In this document: positions 1 to 45,934 of the stretch, piece by piece
Layout: every line of letters starts with the position of its first letter
Position numbering within the stretch: the first letter of the stretch is position 1
From: Macrostomum lignano
Lineage: Eukaryota
Length of the DNA stretch: 64,000 nucleotides
Direction of reading: 5' to 3'
Assembly (NCBI GenBank): GCA_002269645.1
Contig: NIVC01003566.1
Coordinates: 35,550-99,549, forward strand
Notes under the pieces: model-generated
Databases searched by the model: none
The model's input: the letters and a program-made list of their open reading frames with translations, nothing else
What the model was told of the DNA's origin: nothing
Made by a program: the position numbers and the translations under genes

Positions 1-357
1 AACCTTTTATCTTTTTATTTTTAAAAATCCTTCTATAACCCCAAGACAAACAAGAAACGCTTGAAAAATTGTCACTTGTCACTTGGACTCCTGAATATCT
101 TGGCCCTAAGTATCTTTCAATTCAGGGTCAGTCGTAACAATTACAGTAAGATAGATTTCACAAGATATCACGATACATCAAACTGAATCAAGCTCCCTTC
201 GACAATGGTACATTGTCCATATTTATGTCCGTTCTAATTGAAGATACTTAGACACTATTATCTATTTGTTTTACATTGAATAGAGAAGCAGAACGACAGT
301 TTGAAAAAAGCTTGAAACAAAATTAACAAATTGTAAAGTAATTAAAGACACTGCCGA

Positions 358-5601
<5,244 letters not shown>

Positions 5602-6067
5602 GTTGCTGCATGCATAAGAAAAAATTGAGGGCCTAGATTAGACCATAAAAATATTTTTGTCTTAAAATAGTAATGAAACAGTTAAACAGAATTTAGGAAC
5701 ATATAAATGCATATAAACAAAGTATTAGACTAAATATTAGCTAGATCAGCCAAAATAGTGAAAATTAGGAAATATGTGGGCAATAAACACAACCTGCTAG
5801 CTAGATATAAAAAAAATGTTTTAGCCAGTCATAATGGCTGAACAAAAACAGCCTATAGTAAATTGTTCTGTATACCAACAAATTAGAAAGGTATATATAT
5901 TAAATTTCCAGTAAAACTTAGTACAAAAAAAGACTTATTATAAATTAATAACGTTGCCTTAAGTTTATAAATTGAGACTTTAAACCACATGTTAAAATTA
6001 GCTGCCAGTTTTTACGATGCTATACGTAAATTCAAGTAAAATAAGTTCATGCTACAAATTGAGAACT

Positions 6068-7107
6068 CAAGGACTTCTAGACTAACAGGATGTAAAATTC
6101 AATGATCGTGCAATTTTTTGGAGGCCACGATTTCCTGGAAAAAATACACTGCGAAGATAGGAAAAAATCTGCTTTTTGTCACAAAATCTGTGATTGTATT
6201 TGATCTGGGGCAGTGAAGACTACCATTCTTTTAATTTAACATGCACAACATGTTACTCTATTATATTTTCATATAGCTGTGTAGTGAAGTTTTCATTTTC
6301 ATATTGTTTTCACTTTATTTCATAAGCCCAAAGTTGCAAACTCACAAGTGGCATTAGCCAAATATAAAATTCAAGAAAAGAAAAGCTATTCAAATTTGTA
6401 ATATAATAATATTTTTAGCCTTTAAAATAAAAATGACAAAAGGACTAATCAATTTTTTTTCTTATAGATACCTAGTAAAAATGGTTAGGGCCTATTTTTG
6501 TGATTAAGTCTATTCTTCTTAAATCTTAGTCTTAAATATAGGCTTGGCTTAAAAACTGATAATACAGCTTTCTCAAGCCTAGGTAACCAACCATATGAAA
6601 CTATGTATTGGTAATCTATATATAATAAAAAAATCATTGTCTAAATTTAATTACTTATTAGGCTAGATAGTGTACTGTAGTGATAGGTCTAGTTCTAGTA
6701 GGCCTAGGAATTAGTATAGTTACTAAACCTACAATAATAGCTTAAGACTAAGAGTACCTACATGCAATGTTTTTATACTTTATTTTAAAAAGAACAACAC
6801 AAAAAGTTTGGCTAGGCCTAATGCCACTTGTGAGTTTGCAACTTTGGGCTTATGAAATAAAGTGAAAACAATATGAAAATGAAAACTTCACTACACAGCT
6901 ATATGAAAATATAATAGAGTAACATGTTGTGCATGTTAAATTAAAAGAATGCTAGTCTTCACTGCCCCAGATCAAATACAATCACAGATTTTGTGATGAA
7001 AAACAGATTTTTTCCTATCTTCGCAGTGTATTTTTTCCAGGAAATCGTGGCCTCCAAAAAATTGCACGATCTTTGAGTTTTACGTCCTGTTAGTCTAGAA
7101 GTCCTTG
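6068..7107. mobile_element. Non-autonomous DNA transposon (foldback MITE) with ~290-bp TIRs and 8-bp TSD
   Basis: 6068-~6358 is the near-perfect reverse complement of ~6819-7107. Ends CAAGG...CCTTG; TGAGAACT duplicated at 6060-6067 and 7108-7115. Confidence 0.92.
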
Positions 7108-8494
7108 TGAGAACTATACGACTTTATAACTTTAAAGCTTAAAGTATTACTGGTCCAAAAGTAGCATTGCTACAAAAGTAAATGTAATTGCATCAAAAAT
7201 GTTCTAACAGATGACAAATTAAAAAGAAAAGAATGCTACCTTCAAAATATTTAAAAGTTAGTAAAAAGATAAGAATTATAAGTATTTTGACAAAATGAAG
7301 AGTCAAATCAAAAGTTTTTGCTTGTTAGTATGTACAAAATATATTTAGATATACGCTTTGTTTAAATATGAACTTTTTTCTAAAACTTGAAGTGCCTTTT
7401 TTTCGAAACACGCATCGCAACGACCGGTGATCAAAATTGGTGAATCGTTCTTTCGATGGTCACAAATTTTATAAAATAATGCGATAGTTAAATCCACACA
7501 TGAAAATTGTTTCGTTTAGATTTTGGGAAGAATTTATTAAAATGTTAGAAGACCTGGAAAGTGGAAAGCATAGGGCCTAGTAGTTTGAAGCATTGAAGAA
7601 TTGAATGAGATTTTATTTTTTGGCATAGGGCCTACACTTACTCAATTACTGTGACTTCTTTTTTCCATACAAATAAATAGCCATCTGGAAAATCACTCTG
7701 AAAAAAGATTAAGAGCTAAGAAAGCTTGTTTTAATGTAATTTAATTCTCTTATTTTATAATTTCCAACAACTTTTTGTTCAAGCTTATGATAGGCCTAGC
7801 CTAGCTCATGCACATATGCTTTGTCTACTGGTCTACAGACTCTCAGTACAGGTACTAAGAATTATGGCCTACTGAACAGTGCAGATTGAGATATTGAGAT
7901 ATTAGGTATATTATATAATAGGCCTACTAAGTCCTAAAACTGTGATCTAACTGTTCTATTAGTTAGCCATAATGCCCATAAGGTTTGACTAGGCGTAAAA
8001 AGTATTTTTTTTTCATTTGAATATTGGGTGCTAGTGAATCTAGTAGCCAGTTAAATGTAGAATCTGTAGCAGAATTGGAATGGAATAGGCCTAGCAGGGT
8101 AAAATGTATAAATTTGTAGGGCCTAATAGAATGGTAAATTGCAAAATCAATTGTAGATTGTTGAATGTAATCTAGGCCTAATCTCTAATGGGAGACAAGG
8201 AAATGCTTTAAACCTTGGTGGTGCTTCAACATGCCTTTTATTTTTATTGTTTATATGAATGCAAAGTATATTTTAGTTAATAACATTTGTAATTGCAAAG
8301 GTTGCTTATTCACTAAAAAGGTAATCAACCAATGCACATTTCAGCTATTCTCTGTGTTTAGCATTACTTGCATCAATAAACAAAATGACTAAAGTCCTTA
8401 CTAGACTGCTGTAGTGTAAATCCATATGCCAATGCAAGTAGTATATTTAGTTTCATAATTGCATGATAACAGAATCTCAATAATCAGTGCAAAG

Positions 8495-11400
8495 ATGTCT
8501 CTAGACCCTGCTGTACAGAGGCGACAGCAGTTGCAGCCTAATCGGCACTATTCTTGTGACTCGGCAGAGATGCGCATAGCTGGGCAGTATGAGCTGCATC
8601 ACACCATTGGCCGGGGCCATTTTGCTGTTGTCAAACTAGCTAGGCACGTGTTTACTGGCGAACAGGTTGCCATTAAAGTTATTGACAAAGCTAAGTTAGA
8701 TTCGTCTAATCGAGAGAGCCTCTATCAGGAGGTGATGTGTATGAAGCTTGTACAGCATCCGAATGTTGTCAGGCTGTATGACGTAATTGATACGCCTAAT
8801 AAGCTCTATCTCATATTGGAGTTGGGCAACGGCGGTGACCTGTACGATTTCATTGTTCGACAGGACGACAACAGCGGATTAAAGGAGTCTTTAGCTAAGA
8901 GTTTCTTTTATCAGATTGTCACTGCAATTGCTTATTGTCATCGGTTGCACGTGTGTCATCGAGATTTAAAATTAGAGAACTGTGTTGTATTCGAACGACT
9001 GGGCGTTGTTAAACTGACCGATTTCGGTTTCTCCAATGTGTTCACGCCTGGCAAGTATTTGGAAACCTCTTGCGGCTCGTTGGCCTATTCGGCGCCGGAA
9101 ATTCTGCTTGGCGATTCCTATGATGCGCCTAAGGTGGATGTCTGGTCGCTAGGTGAGCTTCTGAGTTTTGTAGCAGGCTCTCTAGAGATTAAGGATGCCA
9201 AATTGGAAACCCAGCTGGCAGCAGTCAAAGCATATCTATACCCTATGCTTTTGATCTGTTAAGCCTCTGACCTCTGACTACTGAGAATCCTCCATACGCT
9301 GCCTGCAAGGGGCCTTGGCTGTTTCTTGCCTTAGTCTATGGGCCATAGTCGATTGTCGATTGTTTTGTATAACAGAAACAGAAACAGATACAATTGATGT
9401 TGCAAAGAATAAAATGAAATGACTGTGATGAGTCGCTGGCTGTCTACAGATGAAGCAATAGGCATTTGGACTGCAGAGTATTGTATTAGATATAAGTGAT
9501 AAATGCAAGTAGGCAACATCCCTTGTGGGTGTTGGAGAGGCAATGGTCAAGGAGGGTTGAGCTCGCAGGGGCTGGAGAGAGCTGGGAAAGAGAGAAACCG
9601 ATCGATTCTCAGTTTGGGTTTCTTTTTATCACTTTGGTTGGCTTTCACAGTCTTAGCCCATAGACTAAGGCATGAAACAGCCAAGGCCCCTCGCAGGCAG
9701 CGTATGGAGGATTCTCGGTTTAAATGGCTTTTTTCTCAGTTAGGCTGTCAAAAACACTACTTGAACTAATTACATTAAATGACATTTAGCTCCTCTTAGA
9801 GTGCATTTTAATGAGTATCTAATTATTCTAAATCACGGGAAATTTTGAAATGTAAAATATAAAAACTAGCTAATAAGCAGTGTCGATAAGCGCGTGACTT
9901 ACCACCGCTGTACCCCCTGTGTGAGCGGGTGTGTGAGTGTGTGCCTGCCTACGGTCTTGGCGCGCTTGTGTGTGGGCAGAATCGTGTGTGGCCAAGCGCA
10001 GCGGAATGGCGCAGAATCGCTGCACCTCTGCATGGTTGTGGGACAAAGTCACCGAGGGCGTTGCGCCTGGGTGCCCACAAAATAACTTTTGCAATGATTA
10101 AAATGATTGACAAGTGTCGCTCATCGTTCATACCATCGTTTGACAGGCGTGATCCTATTCATGCTAGTATCCGGTCGACTGCCATTTCAAGAGCCTAACG
10201 ATTCCGAGACCTTAGCTCGCATTATGGACGTGCGTTACAAAGTCCCTAAGCACGTTACCGACCAATGTCGCAGCCTAATTAGCCGATTATTGCAGCGGGA
10301 TCCATCGAAACGGCCAACTTTGGATGGCATACTAACTGACGATTGGTTTGCCGACGTGCAGCATAGCGTCTACGATGAGAGGCCATTGATTAGTCTGGGT
10401 AGGATTAGTCAGGCTGACCAACAGGAGGTTATTGGCAAGATGGTGAGTAGCAGATGTTAGAGACAGTCCTGGGTTTTGGTTTACATTCATATTTTCTGTC
10501 CTAATGTACATCCATGCAATTTTCTCTCTTGCCCAGTGTACATGCTTGCTGTTTATCTCTGCCCCAGTGTACATCCAGACTGTGTGCCCCAATGTACAGT
10601 TTGGTTCTCTGTCCCAATGTACATTGAGTTTCTCTGTCCCAATGTACAGCCAGATTATCTGCCTCAATGTACATTCATGCAGTTTTCTCTCTGCCCAGTG
10701 TACAATCATGCAGTTTTTTTTCTGCCCATTGTACAACCAGATTCTCTGCCCCAATGTACATTGAGATTCTCTGCCCCAATGTACATTCCGATTCTCTGCC
10801 CCAATGTACATTGAGATTCTCTGCTCCAATGTACATTCAGATTCTCTGCCCCAATGTACATTCCGATTCTCTGCCCCAATGTACATTCGGATTCTCTGCC
10901 CCAATGTACATTCAGATTCTCCGCCCCAATGTACATTCCGATTCTCTGCCCCAATGTACATTCAGATTCTCTGCTCCAATGTACATTAAAATTTTCTGTC
11001 TCGGTGTCCGTTCAGTTTGTCACAAACTTGCAGTCGATTTAAACAATTTGAACTGTCGCACTGCAGGTGGACGGCGGCCTAGCAACAGAGCAGGAGATAC
11101 TCGAAGCATTAGAACGCGACGATTACAGTTACATTACGTCCACGTTTTATCTGCTAGCTGAGAGGTTAATTAAACGGAACCTAGCATCTCCGGCCGCGGG
11201 TTCTTCCGCTCGACATTTGCTGCTACAACATCAGCAGCATCAAAGCCAGCGAAAGACATCGGATCCGTCTGCATTGTCGGCAGCGAGTGCTGACATTCAG
11301 CAGCAGCAACAGCAAGCATCCAGCGGCGGCGGCAGCAGTCGACAATCTTCGTCTGCTTCGCTTAGCGTTGAAGAGAAACTGCGCCGTTTCTCAATGATTC

Positions 11401-12581
11401 TAGAAGAAGAAGACGACGATGTCGCTTGTTTGGAAGAGGCCGGTGCCGCCGGCGCCGCGGCCGCAGCGGCTGGGAGCGGCACCCCGCCGGTTCGTTTGCA
11501 GTCTCCGCAGTTCAGCGGCGGCGGTGGGGTGGGCGGCCGTCTCTCCAGCCTATCAGGATTGGCCGCCCTGTGCGATCCAATCAGAGAAGAGGAGACAGGG
11601 GAGGGCGGAGTGCTGCAGATTCCTACGCCGGTTCTTTCTTCATCGGCGCTGTTTCCCGGCGCGGCGACGCTGCAATCTGCGAATATCGGCGGCGGAGGCT
11701 CGTCGACATCGTCGCAGAAGCGTCGATCTAGCGCGGCTAGAGAGAGCAGTTTCTCGTTGAGCTCGCTGGCTTCGAGTCTTCGATCGCTGTCGTCTCAGCG
11801 GGTGGCAGTGGATTTGATGCGCGATCTAGGCGGCTGTCCCAGCCCTATTAACAATGGCAGCAAGCAGAACTCGTGTGTGTTCTATCCAGCTAGCGGAAAT
11901 ACTACTACCAGTACTACTACTAGCAATAACAATAATAGTAATTCCACAATTCTCGCTGCCACCACGGCGCCAGTTGCTTCAACAGATGAAGTTGACCTTG
12001 AAGCCGACTCTGACGACGACTGCGACAGAGAAATAATTGACAACAATTCCGGAGATGATACTGTGGATTCGAGCAGAAAGAATGCTACTAGAAGTAGTAG
12101 TAGTAATAAACAGCCGCGCAAAGAGTCCGATAGTAATCACAATAGGCGAACTGGCTTATCCGGTCATGTTAATCAGTGCGTATCGCTTAGCTCAGAAGAG
12201 ATCCACAGAGCGTCTGATAGCGGGTCATCTACTCGTTCGCAAAAGCAGAAACAGCAGCAGCAGCAGCAGCAAGCGCATTCTTCCAGACAGCGCAGGCGTT
12301 CGTCCCGCAGTTCTAGACAGCGAAATAGTAGGCAGATCGGTCGCCTGCCTCCGCACAATAGCGGTGGTCATCAGCAGAGAAATCATAGTCACCAGGCGGT
12401 TGATATCAACAGCGGCAATGCCAAATGGCAGCGTCAGCAACAGCTGGCTTCCTGTTCAAGACAGGATAGCGGATTAGTCATCGCTGTTGCTAATTCCTCG
12501 GCTCAAGCCACTAATACTGCTCAGGCTGCGTCAAAAGCATCAATGGAGAAGTTTCGAATACGGTGTTGTACAATCAGCTGA
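8495..12581 (+). CDS. SNRK: SNF-related serine/threonine kinase (AMPK family), 3 exons, ~822 aa
   Basis: Exons 8495-9152, 10147-10442, 11067-12581 with consistent phases. Motifs: [24 protein letters not shown] (SNRK signature), HRDLK, DFG, activation loop [17 protein letters not shown]-like region ([25 protein letters not shown]), long S/Q/G-rich tail ending CCTIS*. Confidence 0.93.
9283..9716. repeat. 61-bp inverted repeat pair in SNRK intron 1 (MITE-like remnant)
   Basis: 9283-9343 vs 9656-9716 are reverse complements with 2 mismatches; no TSD seen. Confidence 0.85.
10490..10985. repeat. Minisatellite with CCCAATGTACATT...TTCTCTG core, SNRK intron 2
   Basis: Tandem degenerate units. Confidence 0.9.
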
Positions 12582-12958
12582 ATTGGAAATCAATCTGCAT
12601 TTGTTTTGTGTGCGCGCGTTTGGGAAATTCAACTGAAATTGATGAAATCAATCGTTACTGATCGATCTGACGGCTTGCAAAATTTTACGTAACTGCGGTA
12701 GAAACAGTGTCATTCGGCATTGCCCAGCTGGCACTACAGGTGCTAGAATAGTCAGCTATTTCACTCGAAATTTGTTTTAAAAAATCGAAGCATCTACTCT
12801 TTTTTCAGTAGTTTATCTGCGCAGTGTCACCTAAGTTTAATGTGACAGCTAAAATTTTCTTTCCTTCCTCGCTCGAGGTTTGTAGCCTAAGGATCATCCC
12901 TGGGATTAAGAATATTAAACTTGATGTAAAAAAGTGAAACAGACAGTCTAGTTAGTTA

Positions 12959-13575
12959 ACAGGCCCAATCTAGCTCAGCCAACGAGAGAGCAGTAAGGAG
13001 AGAGGGTCAAAGTCAGACGGACGAAACTCAGCCTAGGGGGCAGGCCCAATCTGGCTCAGCCAATGAGAGAGCAGTAAGGAGAGATTGTCAAAGTCAGACT
13101 GACGAAACTCAGCCTAGGGGACAGGCCCAATCTGGCTCAGCCAACGAGAGAGCAGTAAGGAGAGAGGGTCAAAGTCAGACGGACGAAACTCAGCCTAGGG
13201 GGCAGGCCCAATCTAGCTCAGCCAGTGAGAGAGCAGTAAGGAGAGATTGTCAAAGTCAGACTGACGAAACTCAGCCTAGGGGACAGGCCCAATCTAGCTC
13301 AGCCAATGAGATAGCAGTAAGGAGAGAGGTTAAAGTCTGACGGATAAAATTCAGCCTAGGGGACAGGCCCAATCTAGCTCAGCCAATGAGATAGCAGTAA
13401 GGAGAGAGGGTCAAAGTCAGACGGACGAAACTCAGCCTAGGGGACAGGCCCAATCTAGCTCAGCCAATGAGATAGCAGTAAGGAGAGAGGGTCAAAGTCA
13501 GACGGACGAAACTCAGCCTAGGGGACAGGCCCAATCTGGCTCAGCCAATGGGATAGCAGTAAGGAGAGAAGTCAA
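12959..13575. repeat. ~83-bp tandem repeat, ~7 copies, downstream of the SNRK stop
   Basis: Unit AGGCCCAATCTAGCTCAGCCAATGAGAGAGCAGTAAGGAGAGAGGGTCAAAGTCAGACGGACGAAACTCAGCCTAGGGGAC. Confidence 0.93.
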
Positions 13576-15257
13576 AGCCAGACATAAGCGGGCAAGAAGA
13601 AAGCCTAGCTTTATCGGCCTGGCTGGGGGCTGGGGCGCCAACCTTTTTCTTTCTTGCTCGCTAAGCACAGGCACTGGATTTGGGTGCAGCTTCAAACCTT
13701 GTGAAGATGTTATTTAACAGATTTACTTTTAGAAAGCCAGACAGAAGGCGATTGTTTCAGCTTTAAAAACTTAATGTAAGGTTTAATAGATTTTTAATTT
13801 TACTAAAACGAATTAAAAGCGCTAATTTTACTACTGAAAAAGAGTAGATAAGCGAATTTTTTCGTGCGGCCTAACGAGTTATTCTAGTATCTGTGGCTGG
13901 CATCAGACTACATTAAAATCAACTAAAGCATATCTTAATATGTTGTAATAATACAGTAAATTAGCTTTAGTTTCATAAGTTTTATTATAAATGTCCCCTT
14001 TAATTTGTTGAATTTACACTTCAAAAAAATCTATTTAGTAGAGTTTAAAATCGACCCGGTAAGTCAATTGTGAAGAGACAATATTGCCTGTAGTAATTTT
14101 TGTTTTCTATTTAATCTCGTGTACAATTTTTATTAAAGAAAACGTTCATATTTATCAATATTGCTACTAACAGTAGTGCTACAATATGCAAATTTGTTTT
14201 TGTGCAGTTCAAGCCTCTGAGCTGAGTGTGCTCAGTCTGTGATTGTTAAATTTGAAATTTATTAAATTCTAAAACCATAAAATTGCTTATTGATGCTTAT
14301 AATTAACACTGTAAAGGTAAAGGCTCATATTAGTGAGCTCAAATTCTTTTTATTGATTTATAAACTTTGTATATGTATATATTATTTACTTAGATAGATT
14401 GGCCATTTAGCTGTTGCTATAATTATTTGTAAATAATATTTATTTGCTCTCAGGGTTAACTCGGAGATTGTGGAAGAAGTTAACAGAAACTGACATATTT
14501 ATATTCATATATATATATATATTTGAGTAAACTGAATAAAAATTCAATAATAATTATCATAAATATAGTTGATGTTCCTAAAGTTCCTGGACATTTTTTG
14601 ACCAGCGCCTTGATAGTGCAGTTCCCTTTTTCGTGCTTTTCTCATGCAGAATTGTTATGCAAAGAAGAGAACTAAGAGTTTTCTCTCTGTCTTGAAAGAG
14701 TTTTGAAATTGTGTGCTTTTACACAAGACCGTCTCCACAATCGATGTTGGGTTCGCTATGCATGACTATATTTTTTCGGCACCTGCGCACTTACTCTACT
14801 CTCTTATAGTTGTCAACTATATGGATTTTGTAATATGCGTTTTTTGAGCTCAGTTGAGTAGTATATATTTTCACTACGCGCACACGTTTTTTAAAATGTA
14901 AAACTAAACCAACCTGTTTATGCAATTGCTGTTATTTCGATGCTCTGATGCAGAGATTGTAGTTATATTTTAGTATGTCATTCTTTGCAATTGTTTGTGT
15001 CTGTCTTTAGTTAACATTTGTCTTTTTCACTTATTTTAATATCTTATATTCGTTTTGTAAATTCTATTTTTTTAAAGTAGCCAATGACATTTTTTGGCTA
15101 TGATCAAGTCGTTTGTTAATGCGAGTAAATATAACTGAATATTGTGCGTTTAGTGAATAAATATATATCAATATGCGATAATATATCATGCAGGTTAGCA
15201 GATTAAATCTATGTTTATTATTGCGATTATGTTTATTTTTACTGAATGATCTATAGG

Positions 15258-15613
15258 CAGGGGTAGCATTCTACGAGTGATCTATAGGCAGGGGTAGCAT
15301 TCTACCGAGTGATCTATAGGCAGGGGTAGCATCCTACTGAGTGATCTATAGGCAGGGGTAGCATCCTACTGAGTGATCTATAGGCAGGGGTAGCATCCTA
15401 CTGAGTGGTCTATTGGTATGGGTAGCATCCTGCTGAGTGATCTATAGGCAGGGGTAGCATCCCGCTGAGTGATCTATAGGCAGGGGTAGCATCCCGCTGA
15501 GTGATCTAAAGGCAGGGGTAGCATCCCGCTGAGTGATCTATAGGCAGGGGTAGCATCCCGCTGAGTGATCTATAGGCAGGGGGTAGCATCCCGCTGAGTG
15601 ATCTATAGGTAGG
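15258..15613. repeat. ~30-bp minisatellite GAGTGATCTATAGGCAGGGGTAGCATCCC(GC/TA)T, ~12 copies, upstream of GCN1
   Basis: Tandem units ending ~190 bp before the GCN1 ATG. Confidence 0.93.
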
Positions 15614-15799
15614 GTAACAGCCCCCTATTACGAAGTGAGTTTCGGCATGTATTTCTGCTAATTTTTACCTTCATGAGATACACAGCTACTGATTAGTGCA
15701 CTCTGATTTTTTCAAAATTCCAAAGTCAATATTAGCCAATAAGTTGGCTTAGAAGTTGCTTGGTTCTGGTAGACATTATTATCAACACTGTCAGTGACT

Positions 15800-45432
<29,633 letters not shown>

Positions 45433-45479
45433 GCCCCCATTAATAATTCATGAACTGAACTGATACTTGACTGAGTAAC

Positions 45480-45485
45480 AATAAA
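45480..45485 (+). terminator. Putative GCN1 polyadenylation signal AATAAA
   Basis: 47 nt after the TAG; a second AATAAA follows at ~45506. Confidence 0.5.
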
Positions 45486-45934
45486 TCCCAGTAACCCGTT
45501 AAGATAATAAAATTAAGAAGTTTATCGTTGCGAGACTCAAATTTCGATAGCAATCAATTGCTGCTTGATGGAGAAAGAAACAATTCTAATAATAGTTGTC
45601 TATTGTTTTTTTTGTTTATCTGCGTCTATCGTGAGGGAATTGGAAGTAATCAGATTACTGAAATTATTTCAAGCAAAATGGCCGAATAAAACAAGCTGAA
45701 AAAAACTACTACTACTGCTGTTCAATAAGTAGGCAGAAATGCGCATGCAAATCATCACAAGCTGCAAAAGCTAAAAATTGATTAGCAAAGCTGCTTGTGC
45801 CGATAAAACATTAAAAAGTATTGGAGTACAGTGTTTTTATAAAAGTCCATCACATGCCACAAAAATGGAGCCTTGGCTTTGGAGATCATCTTTAGAGCGG
45901 AAGAAGACTGCCGCTCTTCATGAGGCAATCCAGT

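Noticed and set aside
8463-8483. 6-codon uORF before SNRK as an integrated-stress-response element
   Set aside because: It is present, but such short uORFs are common by chance and the 5' end of the mRNA is unknown.
13700-15250. Hidden gene in the SNRK-GCN1 spacer
   Set aside because: AT-rich, with no ORF, exon-like GC island or recognisable RNA structure.
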